64,000 nucleotides of DNA, taken from positions 169,463 through 233,462 of the forward strand of contig NMRA01000601.1 of the NCBI GenBank assembly GCA_002633005.1, given 5' to 3'. The stretch's first letter is position 1; every line of letters starts with the position of its first letter. This document shows positions 27,141-41,044 of the stretch, piece after piece. The notes below the pieces were generated by a model. It made no database searches and was not told the origin of the DNA. It worked only from the letters and a program-made list of their open reading frames with translations. The stretch is from Phoronis australis. Its lineage: Eukaryota > Animalia > Phoronida. The position numbers and the translations under genes are program-made.

Positions 27141-27955
27141 GTACGTAGCTTATATATATGAATTAGTTACTCACTGTTACGATTGTGGTGTTATAATCCA
27201 GGTTGATCAACTCCACTTAACTGAGCATTGCCTGATTTGTTAATTTTAAAGGGGTTCGTCGCTTTTTAGCCGACTGACCGAAGAGCTTGGGGTTTAAACG
27301 CAATACCACAATTAACCAGTCCTGAGCAATCAACTAAAGTGACAGGTAAAGTCTACACGCACCATTTTCGATTTCACAATTTTCGGGTTCAGTTGGCAGC
27401 CCCAATGACTTGAACTCCGATGTGTTTTCTTTAATCGCTACCGGGTTCGATGACCTTGTTCCTAACAGATATTAAACCCTATTACGGCAAGGAATACCAC
27501 CATGAGACCGATTTTGTGGGATCAAGTGGCTTAATTCAATTTCGTTTTATTCTATCTGATGGAATTCAGTGTCAGTGTCAGTGTCTGCACTACTCACGTC
27601 AACGGCAAAAATAAAAACATTTTACCAACCTCATAACTTTGTGTAATGCCTTGCCCTGTGATTCCACCTAATTATCTTAAATTTGGGTGCATGTTGGTTC
27701 CCACGTGTGTACATGTACGTGGTTATGTCTGTGGATGTGTTTGTGTGAATATTTTGTGATTATATCTTTCCACTAACGAAACTCGTCCTGTGTTCTCAAC
27801 TGGTGAATGTAAAGCAAAGGGCATCTTCAGTGTTGAAAATATTTGGAGTTGTGTTGAAAGATCATTCTTTGGGCTTAAGGAACTTGCACGCTAATCTCTT
27901 ATCTATGTGATTGCTTGGACAAATTAGCTGGAAACACAACATATAGCGACGATGT

Positions 27956-28194
27956 CATGCGCGCACCCAGCCTAAACTATAGCGGGGTGGCTCGAATTTT
28001 TCAGAATGTGGACCTTTTACTGAAAAAAGTGAGGACAAAAAATCGGGGTACTGCGTTCAGACATATGAATTGTGCATTCACGCCGAATTCCTATGGATTT
28101 TGTCTCATTTTCTCGGTCTTTTTTGTCTCTCTAAGGTAGTTCTTTTTTACCACTTCGCCGAACGAGCCCCCCTAGCTCCTTGGGTGCGCGCATG
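27956..28194. mobile_element. MITE, CATGCGCGCACCC TIR family, copy 1
   Basis: TIR CATGCGCGCACCCA; perfect 5-bp TSD GATGT. Confidence 0.9.
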
Positions 28195-28769
28195 GATGTG
28201 AATATGAAGTACGTTGACAATTGCCAAATGTTTTCAACAACGAATTTTGTGGCGAAAATGATCCGCCGCAAGCCACTCAACTCTGTCCAGTAAGCATCGT
28301 GGCGTGGTGTTGGGGCATAACACTGCATGATGCGGGCTATATGAGACCCCCAGGTACGTCAGTAGTGCAAAGGTCACCTACTTGCATTTACAAGTTGTCA
28401 ATGAATACCATTGCACTTTGTTTAGCGTAGATGAATGTTCAAATAGCGTCGTTTAGTTCCTGCTATACATTAGCATGCAAATGAGCTTGCAAATACATCT
28501 TTAAGTTTCGACTTTAAAATTCGTTTTATGGACTTTTTAACTAAGATGAAGCGAAAAGAGTGTCGTTAAAGACTAAATAGAATGTAAATGTTTACCCGTA
28601 TGAAATATCCTCGATTCAAAAGCCTGCCTCACATTTGCACTTTCATTATTTTCGAAATACAATAAATATTATGCAATTAATTATACACGTGGAGGTTTTG
28701 GAACTTCACATACGGACAAAAAATAAACAAAATTTTGTGTAGAAACTTCGTGTACTCCAACTATTTCAG

Positions 28770-28952
28770 AATGGCAAATACGAACAATGCGAGATGTACA
28801 ACCTGTCAAATTTTACTTCATTGTTTACTATCGCGAACGACTGGAATCTGACGCTGGAAGGGCTGGGCATCAACACATCAGAACTGTCAACCGTTGCATG
28901 CACTTCTTGGACTTTCGACACAACTGATTACCCGGAAACCATTGTCACTAAG
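28770..28952 (+). CDS. SLC22 gene A exon 2 (NGKYEQCEMY...ACTSWTFDTTDYPETIVTK), large extracellular loop
   Basis: TTTCAG acceptor, GTAACT donor, 183 bp, phase 0-0. C..Y and C..W.FD....TIVT motifs of the SLC22 ectodomain, with several N-x-S/T sites. Confidence 0.92.
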
Positions 28953-29576
28953 GTAACTGTGTCACACACTCACACTGCTACAAGAGGTAGCACTGTTACA
29001 TGTCGTTTAACATGTCTCCTCATTGGTTAAAGTAATGAGACCGACGTCATAACATTATTAAGTCATTCCCATTGATTGAAATCTTGGAAACCCTTTTCAG
29101 TTTACTGTTTCCAAATACGGCGACCATTTTGGACTCGAGTATGTGTAATTTATTAAAACGAGCAGTGACTGAAGTAAACAAAATCAAGGAAACACCGATG
29201 CAGTGGCTTAAGCCCAAACACGCACTCAGTGCATAAAGGCGTGTGCACGTGGTGGCGATGTCATCGGTATACATGTGCTTCCGACCTAGGCATACCCACA
29301 CACGGAATTCTGTGTGTTGGTCATCATGTTTCCACAGGGCCAGTAGTACGTGACGCTGTGTCAGAGGGTAACTGTGTCATTGCTTTTAACTATCGAATTT
29401 CTACCCAAAATATGTCCAGTTAGATACATCCTTGTACAGGGTTGCATTGCTTAGACCAAGGCAAGCGCAAGAAAAGTTAGTGTGATCACTTGATTCGCTT
29501 TTAACGCATGGCGATATTTCTTGCGCGTGGTCTTGCGTTTAGGCTAGCTTTCTTGCGTCTACAGAACGCAGCCCAG

Positions 29577-29839
29577 GGATCTGTTTTCTGAAAAGTGACT
29601 TTTAAGTACCGGCATTTAGTCTTTTGCTCCACACTACTATTTCTGAAAAATAGTCAAATCTCACTTGAGGAAAATATAAAATCTCTGAGAATATACGTGT
29701 GCACATAAGTACTAGTGTCTGAGATAGTGATAAACTGTTTCTCAGAGTGTGATGCCCTGTCATTATTCATCAGTCGTGAAGTGTGAACGTAAGACCAAAT
29801 TTCTGTTTAAGTCTTAAGTCACTTTCATGAAACAGATCC
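29577..29839. mobile_element. MITE, GGATCTGTTT...AAGTGACTT TIR family (relatives at 423-668, about 23327-23450, 48918-49204, about 60510-60660)
   Basis: TIR GGATCTGTTTTCTGAAAAGTGACTT versus AAGTCACTTTCATGAAACAGATCC; flanks CAG/CAA. Shared internal motifs (CAAATTTCTG, GGTCTTA, ACTATTTCT). Confidence 0.8.
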
Positions 29840-30069
29840 CAACAATAACAAAACTGTAAGCCTACTGAAGTTCATTTTTACTTCAATATTTCACTCTCAC
29901 TGTAACATACAACATCGGTACAACTGTTTGATAGATGTGATTTTATGATATCAGAATAATTATTCAAACAAAAATTCTACCTATTTTGTTCGCGCATTCT
30001 TCCTTTAGACATAAGTGGCAGTTCGGTGGAACAAGTGTCATTTTATTACGGAAAAACATGAGTGCACTG

Positions 30070-32600
30070 CAGTGGCGGATCCACGTTTTCAGTAAGGGGG
30101 GTTTAGGATTCCCGCATAGGTCGAATCCGAGGCGCGTGGCGCCGAGCGAGGGGGGGGGGGAGGTCGGGGTAAACCCCCCTCCCCTGTAAGACAACCTTTT
30201 GTTTTTGTAGCCAAACAGTGAAATTTCCATGCATCCTGGTACGTTTCTGGCACTTAACATGTCCCTGGAGTTTTCTTAAGATAATTAAAAACCCTTCTCG
30301 ATTTCGTCACATGAACTTGGCTAATAAGTTTTGTGAAACCATATTTGTGCACATCTGGGTATGAGTCACGCCACCAGCAAAATTTTTTGTTGGAACATCT
30401 GGTTATACACACCTGTTTAGCATACGAAAAAGTGTGGTGTGTATACAGGGGTTTAGAGAACTACCAAATATTCAAGAGCATAAGGAGAGAAAAACTGGCG
30501 AACGATGGTGCTCTCAGCTCATAGTCTATTATTAAAAGCGACAATAAATAATTATCACTTTATTAAACTGAATCACGTTGAAAACAATTGAAAAACGTCA
30601 AATGTATCATGAAACAAATCATCTGAAAACAGTTTCACGAAACCAAAACATTCTGTACACCGTGGTGAAAAGATATACAGGAGCAGTACGCAGAAGGACC
30701 AGATGTACACTGAGAGTACACAAAAACTAGACCAAAAGTACACCTGGGCTTATTATCCCTATAAAATAGTCGATCTGTCGCGGGACCAAACAGCTGAGAT
30801 AAATAGTTTTACAAATATCACTAGACTAGTTCGCCGAGGGACCAGAAGTACACTGAAACTCGACATCTACACAAATCAAGCTGGCCTGGTCCGTCGCGAG
30901 ACCTAAAACGTACTTTGCAAATTTGCAAAAAATTTTCAATTGAAAACTTCTCTCTAGACACTTTTTAATCCCCACTGTTTGCTCATACGTGTAGTTTACA
31001 TATCTGGTGGTCAACTGCTACGAGAGGTTGTCGCACCATTCTGTAGTACTCACTGGAAGAAACAAGTATTGAGTACAGATTTAACTACGCACTACGTGAA
31101 ATAGATTTTGGATATGAAGCAGATAGACTCAAGTCGAAAAACAAACCAGAATCAGTTTCTGTGCGCTCTGCTGTACTGGGTAAATTTGGCATGTCCAAAA
31201 ATAATTTCTATTTCGTTTTCATTGTACACAAGCATAAAAACAGACATTATTACAAACTGTGTAGAATTATAACTTATTACCTGGGTGTTTCTCCAGGAAC
31301 GTTGGTCCTATCTTTCTGTTGTCTAGACTGCCGAGGAATCTGTACACCGGATCCAATGGTGTGCTCCTCTTAGAACCATTCTACCCAGACATCTTCGACG
31401 TTTGTTCCCAACACTTGCACTTCGTCAACTGCTGTGTCAATGAGCTTGTACGCCTCTACAATGTCAGCATCTCGTTTCGCCGCTCAGTTGGCACTAAGTC
31501 CCCTGAGGTTTCCAAGTCCATTCAAAAGATTTACACCATGCGCAACTAAATTTGATCCGTTCATCATCGACTACTTCAAACCTTGACGATGTATCCCAGG
31601 ACCCATTTGCATCTCTTGCAATTTTCGAAATAAACGTCCCAATATCTGAACGCTTGAAACCCGAAGTACTAAAATCAAATAAATGCCCATGGGCGGGTGG
31701 GTCTTTCTGCGGAAATTCCCAGTATAGAAAACGGCAGTGGTGCTTATTGCAGGTAGAAAGACGGTAAGTGTTGAAGTCGACACTAGGGCTCCTTAGGAGG
31801 CCCACTGAACATCGCACGAGTCCCGCAAGACTTTGTTGTGAAAATACAGTCTCCCCGCAATTTCTGGTACTGTACACTGTTCGCGAATGCGGTCACTTTG
31901 TCAATGTGAGTGCCCCCTTGGTCATTCCTTGTATAGACATAACTTGTTAGAGTGCATCTTCAAAGAGACTCGCGACCAGACCACGGCACCCGCCACAATA
32001 GCAATTCTTCGGAAAACGATTTTTTTTCAAAAGTATTACATGTACATGTACAATGTATGATATTGCGCAAGACAACTTACTATACAAATTCGAGTTACAA
32101 ACGTGTGGGGTGTAATAGGATGACACGGCATGACAGATGAGGTAAAAACTTTGCAAGTCAATTCGCCTGAATATCAGGGTTGCGGCACCACAGTATTTAC
32201 CATAATCAAATCAAAACATATCTTAGAGTAAAGAAACTAGTTACCTAAAGAAATCAGCTACAGAGATGTTCTTTCAGCGGTGGATCCATCTAAAATGCTT
32301 GGCTACTTCAGAAGTGTCTGCGGAAGCGCGCGCACAATTGATCTCCGCGGTTTTGCCGATGAGCCACGAAGACCCGAAATGCGTTGATTTTCACAACAGC
32401 TATTCACAATGCAAAAAATATATTTTCAAAGTGAACCCCCCCTCATTTTTTCCTAGTTGGTTTACTTGGGGTTTACACACGCTCGCGGTGCCGTTTTTTG
32501 TTTTGCTGGAGATGTTTTTGTTTGTTTTTTTTTAATTTTTGGGTTCTGGCCCGAGGGGGGGGGGTTAAACCCCCTGAACCCCCCCGTAGATCTGCCACTG
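30070..32600 (-). mobile_element. Decayed hAT DNA transposon (Tip100/PRKRIR-like transposase relic) in SLC22 intron 2
   Basis: Ends CAGTGGCGGATCCACG and CGTAGATCTGCCACTG form a TIR. The minus strand at about 31500-31000 reads KRDADIVEAYKLIDTAVDEV...WVEWF*...IPRQSRQQKDRTNVPGETP|EYYR..DNLS*QLTTRY with stops and frameshifts. Confidence 0.8.
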
Positions 32601-32890
32601 CTGCACATGCCAGAGCAAAGAATTATTAGGAGCTGTGTGTTCAACCTGGGCGTACTGCATTTTCATACAACTTTCAATGGAATGTGTCTGCATTCTCCAG
32701 ATAACCGTGGAAAGTCTCATTAACTCTATCGTGAGCAAGCTGTAGACGTTGTACTTGGAATGGCACTCAATAATCGTTGCTAGTTCCGGGCTCGAAAAAA
32801 CTAGGTGAATTCAATTTCAATTTTCCTTTCAATATGACGTAAAAACAATAAGCTGAATATTCCACGAATTCCTAAAAAACTGATTACATT

Positions 32891-33347
32891 TGACACTTGT
32901 CTCTTTATTTTGATACCAGGCCTTAGGGTTTATTTTGCGTTACTCATCTCTATTTATAGCCTCAAGGGCCTACTTTTGTATTCATACGTTTCTCTACGCG
33001 ACTCCTGATTGGTCGCCCATATTTCCTTTGTTCTGTTCAACGTGGTCTCTCATTCAGTCACCTACCTCGTCGTCTACAAGACCTACGTTCGTTCTCTTCA
33101 TTTTTCCCCACCCCCCATCCCGGGTGTCGGTTTCACTTTCTCTTTGCTCGTATACATTTCCTGTTAGGTTTTTTCAAGTTTTGTGTTCATGTTCTGTACT
33201 TTTCCTTTAAGCCCTTCAGGCAGTTCTTTTGTTTTGTTTTGTTCCCTCTTTCAGGGCTATTCATTGTACACGCCGGTGGGCGTTTTGTCCATGCCCATCT
33301 TGCAGAGTCTTAGTTAGTTTTATCTATTGACGTCATAATAAATGACA
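32891..33347 (-). mobile_element. Probable solo LTR, antisense in SLC22 intron 2
   Basis: TG...CA ends; flanks ACATT/ATATT. On the minus strand CCAAT (33012-33008), TATAAATA (32958-32951) and AATAAA (32909-32904) occur in LTR order. Confidence 0.6.
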
Positions 33348-34970
33348 ATATTCGCAATCCTCTTCTTGTTTTACTCTGCAACATAGCTCGTGGCGTACCC
33401 CGGGCAAAATAGATTACGATAATGACTTTTCCATCTTTTTACTATCGTCAAAATTGACAATTTCAATGTAAAATCACCATTTGCATGCGATTACAACGAA
33501 CCAGCGGATACTGAACTTCGACTGTCATTAATTCCTCCAGATACTGAAAATTAGATGAAAAGTAAATGCCGGCTGGTGAGATTTTTTCATACTTGAAATA
33601 TCTGAGAGGTACCTGAACTTCCTGCAGAAATCAGTCACTATCGCGCTTCCAATCAGTTATAATTTAAAAGGATACAAAACCCGGTTTTGCCCTTTTTCTG
33701 ATATCAGTTAAAAACGATCGACTTTCCCATCCAGTTCTCTGAAACAAAACAATGCTCTGTAACCCTTGACAATCCTCAAAAGTTTGGAGGAACATCGGAA
33801 AACTTCTTTCAAAATCTTCTAAAAGGGGAAGCATGACTAACACTTTAGGCGTATTACCTCGCTATAGGGAAATATCACCCTACAAGAACCATAGTTCAAG
33901 TTCGAGTCCCTTGATGTATTAGCGGGTGACAGTACAATAAATGATTGGTTGAAATTACCAACAGAGGGTTTAATACCCTTTAAGAAATGCCACGACTGAA
34001 GGAAACTCGCAGAGCTAAAGCGTCAAAAACTATTCTTTTTTGATTGAAGACACATTACAAAATTAAGCAAATGTCACTAGTACCCTTCGAACTGTATCAA
34101 TTTCAAATTCTTGGTCAAACCAGTAGTCACCAATTTCTGTTAAAAATTGGCGACGATCTCATTTAACTGCGGTCATTGAGTGACACCTAAAATTTGCTAC
34201 CAAACTGGCCGACATTGAAAATAAATTATCTTATCTCCCCTGTTTGCTTGTTAGTGACACAATTGAATGTGCCGACATGTCGACAGTGAAAGTGAGAACA
34301 CTTTGGATGAATCTGCGATGAAAATGGATGAAAAAAATTCGTTGCCAGAAGATTCCGAAAACGACGATAGAAATGGAAAACGCATACGCCATCGACGACA
34401 TTCTGAGGACTGCATTTCGACTCATTCGCTATCGAAGAACACTGTGCTTCAGCAAATCATTACCACATGACCTCACGGATGATTTCTTATGGCCTAGTAG
34501 GAGATCACGTGGCAGATTGCCCGCGCGTTTTAGAAATTTGCTATAACATTTTATTCAGAGTTAAATAATGAGTGTGAAGCAGTGCGACGCGCATGACTTG
34601 CCTCTGTGTGATCGACTCAGGTTTTTATGACAGGCCCGGAAGTGTCGGTGAGTAGCGGGCCTACCCGGCCGTCACTGTGTTGGCGCAGCTTCTGCGGAAG
34701 GCGAATGTCGCTTTCCCATTAGAATAACTCTGGTCTATGGCAACTCTGTCTCAATTCCATTACCTTTCCCACTAACTCCTCTCTGGTACGGACAAATGAG
34801 TTTTCTTTGTTCTTTGATTATTAACGTCAGGTGGCATAATTGATTCGCATTGTCGAATGAACACGTGTTGCATGTTGCGACCTCTATCGATTACTCCCCC
34901 CACAGGGACGGAGTTCACTTGATCCAGTGCAACTGGGAAAGTGATACAAGACGCAATGTTTTTGTTGCAG

Positions 34971-35074
34971 TGGAACCTGGTCTGCGATAAAGCACACATC
35001 GGGGCGTCCCCGGCGTCAATTATTGCTGCTTCCCAGATACTCAGCTGCATCACATTCGGATACCTGGCAGACAA
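34971..35074 (+). CDS. SLC22 gene A exon 3 (WNLVCDKAH...TFGYLADK)
   Basis: TTGCAG acceptor, GTGAGA donor, 104 bp. WxLVC motif and G.LAD.; not captured by the ORF track. Confidence 0.93.
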
Positions 35075-35530
35075 GTGAGACGTTGAGGGTGATTCTATAA
35101 GTAAACAAACTTGTACAATTTCCAATTGTCTAGACTCTCACACCGTGCTCCTGAGAATTTAAATACCAGCATACACTTGGTTCTGGCAAATGTCAATGTT
35201 ATTATTCTCTTATATTTTTCCATATTTATTTACACTCTTTTAATATAGAAGTTGGATAATGCATCAGGCATTCACTTGCAAATTGTATGCCTCGTGCTGT
35301 TTTGAATGGGACTTTTTAAAGCATTCAGTTGTCTAGATATATCACTGCGCGTTACGTTTCGCATTTTTTATTTCTTTTATTCAAGACCAATATAAAGTAA
35401 AGGGCTAATAAAAAGTAAGACCATTACACTCGCAGGATCATAGTTGGTAGAAAGATTAATACGCCAATCTATTGATGCTGCTGATCATAATAGCACTGAT
35501 ATAATACGCATGAATTAAAAACCGTTTCAG

Positions 35531-35685
35531 GTTTGGACGACGAAAACTACTTATCACACAGACATTTTTACGTATTCTGACTGGTGTCGCCTCAGCATTC
35601 GCCAGCAGCCCGACATTCTACGTTGTTTGCACGTTTCTCTCCGGATTTTCTAACGGAGGAACCTACAACGTTGCTTGGATTCTTG
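35531..35685 (+). CDS. SLC22 gene A exon 4 (FGRRKLL...GGTYNVAWIL)
   Basis: TTTCAG acceptor, GTGAGT donor, 155 bp. Completes MFS motif A (ADKFGRRK); phases 2-1 fit the neighbouring exons. Confidence 0.93.
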
Positions 35686-38600
35686 GTGAGTTGTGGCGAG
35701 CAACTTTCATTTCTAAAATAACCACAACGTGTTTCAGTTGTACTTAAAAAATCTGCTATGCATTCAATCACTCGCAGTTCAACGCGTGGAAAAATCGTGG
35801 TTTATCCGACGGATATATCCAAGGCAAATACTAGGTCCCTACCAGACCGCAGACGCGTCCTTAACGGCGCTCCCTTATTTTTAAAATACTTCTTTTTTCC
35901 CGAGCTGCACTACTTTTATCACTAAAATGAAAATATATTATTACAATCAACTCGTATATAGCTTGTGTCAGCCGTGAAATGAAAGAATAGCGGAGTTGCA
36001 ACCGAATCGATTTAACGATTGCGCATGTCCGGAAATCAGGGTGCGCAAAGGCTATTGGGATTGATTAACGTATGTGGTGGCACTGAATAGTTAGGCTGCG
36101 GCCGCGGCCAATTTGCACTCCCAAAATATAGAAATTTTGGGGTAGGCCAAGTTTGGGGGCATTTTGTAGGTGGGCATTGCACGTAGGCTCAGTGAATGTG
36201 GTTTGTTTGTATTTGTGAACATGCTGTGAATAAAAAAAGGCCACTTTCTTGGCTGTAGCTACACTCTTCTTCAAGATGGCGGCCCCCGGCTGCAATTGTG
36301 CATTGTTGGGTAGCGACCGAGAAATTGGCTGTGATTTTAGGTAGCCCTCAAACAAGCAAGAATTGCCAAAAAACTAGTTGGTTGACAGTACTTTTGGACC
36401 ACATTTTCTGAATTGGTAGGAAATTTGCTTTCAGACTCTAATGTTGGTTTTAGTCGTGCATCGGCAGGGAAGTGGTGTTTTTCGGGTGAAAAGTGCCGAT
36501 TTTGCATTTTTTGCCCTTATTTTTCTTAGTCTTGGTTTTCAGTGGGAATGAAATGGTCAAAAATACAAGAAAGAATAAAATTTCTGCGCTCATCTGCTGG
36601 GTTTTTTATGTGAAATAATTGAAAGCATGCCATTCTTTGCATCCTGTTTTTGACAGAGTGAAGAAAAGGTTACAAATCAAGTGATGTGTGTTTTGCTAGG
36701 CAAAACCCAGTGAGAACTGTTCTGTGCCTCCTGTGGAATCATAGATTATAGACAACAGATTTGCAACCCCGGCATTTTCTTACGTGCTAGCCAAGAGGCG
36801 CCGCCACTCTCGTGACCTTTCTGGTACAGTTTCCGGTTAGTGTATTTTGACGAGAAATACTTGCATCTACTTTACTGTCCAAAAGAACGAAAAAAATATT
36901 AATTTCGGCATTGAAACGCTTTTCAAAGTCTTTCAATAGTAGAAGTGTTGGTATTGTGAGTACTTTTGGCAATGCTACTGGTAATTAATTACAAATTTCA
37001 AACTTCGGTGCCTACTGATTATGTCGTCTGCTTGCCCAATAGCAGCATAGTTATCGGACAGTTTGTGATTTGTGGTTCACACGGGATTCCTGAGAAAACT
37101 ACGAAAGCATGTTTGTGCACAAATTCCAACTTAGGAGTACTTGTGAATGCAAGATACTTAGCCTATATAACGTTCTTGGTTTAGAAAAATATTAATTTTT
37201 GTTCGAATTAAAGAATGCGCCTCTGCAACGATTTGACTAGTTGAACCTTTGCATGTTTACAATTCAACATTCTCAAGTGAGCAATTCTTCTGGGAAGAGT
37301 TGAGTGGCCCTTAAAAGGGCCGTTGGTTGTAGTGTGCATGAGCCTTAGGTATAGCGTGAAATAGTTCTTAAAACAACCGTTGAATAAACCACACAGTATA
37401 CCGTGCTCACTCAAGTAGTGAAGGTCCTCTTCATGGCAAGTTTTCATCAGGGAATGATGGATGAAAACAGAGATGACAATATCAAGGACAGTTTTAACAC
37501 CTTAAATAGATATTACCGTTCACCAACGTTGTTGCGAACCCTGCCTCGTTCAGTTCTTGTTCCTGTATCCACAAATAATCCTGAACTGTAGGGAAAAAAT
37601 GACAGACAACACAACGAATCAAATTTCGAAAATCATCGCCTTCGTACGATTCCGTGTTGGTGTCACCAGACATGTTCTTCTCCAACATCCATGTAAAAAA
37701 TCGACGTTGCAAGTGATGGAAACTTGTCTAAGCTCTCATTCTTTGTTTCTAACCTTTAACCCATTTTTAATAAAGGGGTGTCCTGTTTTTGTCTCAAGTT
37801 GATAGTGCATAACTTCTGGTTTTACATTGTATTAATCGTGTTAATTGCATTTATACCACAATATTAGCCTCGAATGGCAGATACAACTGTGTAATAACCC
37901 ATAAAGTTATCTCACTAGTGAGATAACATTTTGGCGGGAAACCGCGGCCTCAAGAGTTTCGAGTCGCCGATTTTACCACTACACCACTCAGCGGCTGACG
38001 TCATCGAACGTGAAAATCGAATACTTAAATGAGCACGCGCAACAATCGCATGTTCAGCAAAGGGCATTGCACCGACATTTATACGCTATGAAAAATAAGA
38101 CGCATAATTTCCATAAAAGCGATATTTTAATTCAGTGAAATTTTTCTCTCGTGTTTTCTCACTTGTAAATCACCGATCTCCAATTTGAATGCGGGTATCG
38201 TGTCGTCGGGATCCTTTGACTTGAGCATTATAGTCAGTTACTAGTGGTAACCTACTTTAGCAAGACGATATTTTCCGGTCGAAGCTTAGCGTGATAAAAT
38301 GTGTAGTAAGCTATAATAGTTGCTAAACCTTAATTTATAGATTCACTTTATTTCTATTTTGTTTTATTTTTCAATTGGTTTTGAGTAAAAGCATTATTTG
38401 ACAAAAATTGCTCGGCTTTTCTTAAAAGGTCACGACCTCCGACCCCGGGCCTCTGACATAGAAAGTAGTTACAAAGCCGAGGCGAGTCGAGAAAGGTAGA
38501 TCGATTCATTGCAATGTTTCTCGTTCAGTACATGTATGTGGTATAAATAGATTATTACATGTTCTCAGTCGTTCTCCCCCTCTTCTAGAGCCCTAGTGGA

Positions 38601-38835
38601 TTTTGGAGGGGCGTGGTTTGCGCCATTGGTGATCTGATTGGTTCAATCGCTTGCTGCGGGAAAATGATAGACCCAGTTATTGTGTGCGTGTGCACTGTAG
38701 CAATGCTTTGTATGTTATGTTTATGTGTATAATCTGTTGATACAGTAATTTTCCTTATTTATGCCCATCCTGATTTGACCGCGACTTGAGCTTCTTGAGT
38801 TCTACCATATTGGGGCTATCAGAGGGACTCACGTG

Positions 38836-39095
38836 CATGCGCGCACCCGGCCTTCAAAATGGNNNNNNNNNAAGGGGGGGGGGGGGGGCGCTCGAATTCC
38901 TGAGGTTATGGACCTTTTGCTAACAAAAGACGGACTAAAAAAAAAAAAATAGGAGCACCACTGTGAATTGCGCGTTGGCGCTTATTTACTCGACTTTTTT
39001 CCCAGTTCCTCGAACATTTTGTCTCTCAGGGGCGGACCTTTTTGCCCACTTCGCCAAATAGGGGGCTCATTCGAGCCACCCCCGATGCGCGCATG
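38836..39095. mobile_element. MITE, CATGCGCGCA family, copy 2
   Basis: TIR, internal homology (GCTCGAAT, TGGACCTTTT, CCACTTCGCC), perfect TSD ACGTG. Confidence 0.88.
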
Positions 39096-39374
39096 ACGTG
39101 GTGCTTACTCGAATGAGTTTCATTTTAGCGGCTATTTCCAATTATGTATGTGAACTAAATTAACAAAGTGGATGATTATCATCACCGGTATTTCATCATT
39201 AGTATTTTTGTTGGGTTCTCAAGTTTTCCGAGGCTCGGGATTGTCACATCTGTAAGGTAGACGTGTTTCAGTGAACTTCCATGTTTGTGGCTTTATTTAT
39301 ACCTGACCAAACTTAAAAAAAGAAACCCGTGTTTAAACCAGGAGCTGCATTGGGTGTAACTTGTTTAGACGTTT

Positions 39375-39529
39375 CATGCGCGCACCCAGCCTCTAATTTC
39401 GGGGGGCTCGAATCTCTGACAAAGTGGACCGTTTGCTAACAAAAAAGCGTGAGAACTAAAATAAAAAATGGGGTACTGTGGTGGACTTTCGTCTCTTTCT
39501 TTCGGACTTTTCCCCTGGGTGCGCGCATG
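39375..39529. mobile_element. MITE, CATGCGCGCACCCAG family, copy 3 (internally deleted)
   Basis: 15-bp TIR; flanks CGTTT/CGTCT. Confidence 0.88.
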
Positions 39530-40390
39530 CGTCTTTCTGCGTTGCCAGTTTTTATAAAGGTGGGCCTGTCTGTAGCCAACTACGGTAAATTCATAAAAGG
39601 TTACGTGCGAGGTTGCGTTAGCAAAACCGATCCAATATTTCAGAAGGACCAGATTTAGTATCTGTTACACACGGGACCTTTTTGTTACATTAGGAGTAGG
39701 ATTGGTTCATGTTATGTAGAGGTGGTGTAGGACTTTACAAAACCGGTTGAAGAATTATGTTTTTGTCATAAATGTTCATTTGAAAGGCGTAAGGTTTGAA
39801 ATACTTTTGAAATAGTAGGAATGAATTCAGATTAAAAAAAATTGTCTGCTTACAAAAATGAAACATTGAAGCATAAAAACAACCTTCATACCCCTTTGAT
39901 ATCCCTGTTCCATGTTTGCAAAGAAGTGGAAACTCATGTTAGTTGTCGGTTTTTTCATAGGCTGCAGATGGTTCAGGTTTTGTGCGGCATACAGTCGATA
40001 TTAATAAATGAGTACATGTATGTTGAATTGTGAGATAGATTTTGACTGGTTATTTCTGAAGTGTTCTATTTACATGTATTTGTACACGATTAAGTGTGAA
40101 TTTGTTGAAATCGCTGTTCCAAATCCTGGCCAAATGTGAGCATTCTGCTGAGACCAACCGTCTGACCAGGGCCAGCGAAGAGTAAGTTGGCTAATTCGCT
40201 CACTAGACTATGGCCGAAGTTCCTAGTAAGGACAAGAGTTCACGAGTCACTACCTGTGGAAGAAATTTAGCGGACTATTTTCATCAAAAAGTTTATCAGA
40301 TAGTTTTCATCAAAACGGAGAAAAGAAAAATGGATTTGTGAAGACAAGATTAAGTAGTAGCCTACTACTAAGTAGGCCTACCAGAGCCCC

Positions 40391-40586
40391 TTAAAAACAT
40401 TCATCTTCGAAGTGCCTTGAACAAATGTTCAAAGTCTTATTGGTGAAAAAAACTGTCATTCACGTTGACGCAAGAAGTTAGTTTTTCTTCCCACAGCCGA
40501 TTATGGGGTCTTCGGATGGTATGGAAGCTAATCCCTTTGCATTTCGCGTGTGTGGCCGAACAACCGGCCACACAGCAGCCGACCAT
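40391..40586 (-). pseudogene. Second THAP domain relic inside a P-element-like insertion (about 40201-41147)
   Basis: MVGCCVAGCSATHAKCKGISFHTI...RLWEEKL...(frameshift)...NICSRHFEDECF*. The element terminus CATAGACTATAG is at 41147 on the minus strand. Confidence 0.8.
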
Positions 40587-40636
40587 GATTAGCAGACGAC
40601 GTACTTGCCGGAAATGGCACCAGGTAATTTAGCCAG

Positions 40637-41044
40637 GGCCCGGTCTCCAATCTTTTTACTCGAAATGGAACTCGAAATTAGGTTTGGCATTTTCTACTCT
40701 ACTTTTGGGCGAACTCAAGATAAGTGTCTATTATTCTATGCTTGAGTACACAATAACTTACATGTACGTAGATAATTTATTGCCATTAGTTCACAGTTTG
40801 TAAACCCAATATTAAAACAATAAGTTCGAGTTTGAACTCCAAATTTCGAGTTTTTACTCGAGTTTGTAGCACGAATATAAGGGTCTTCAAGGGCAAACTT
40901 GAACTAGAAACTTCTATGCATAAACTGTAATGTATTCGAGCACAGTCTGATTACCAATTATCTTAAGTTCGCACAAAAGGAGCAGAGAAATTGGACAAAA
41001 CTAGTTTCGAGTTGGTTTCGAGTACAAAGATTAGAGACCGGGCC
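40637..41044. mobile_element. MITE with long TIR (GGCCCGGTCTCYAATCTTT..ACTCGAAA) and CAG TSD, Harbinger-like
   Basis: About 45-bp imperfect TIR, with CAG directly on both sides. Confidence 0.9.
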
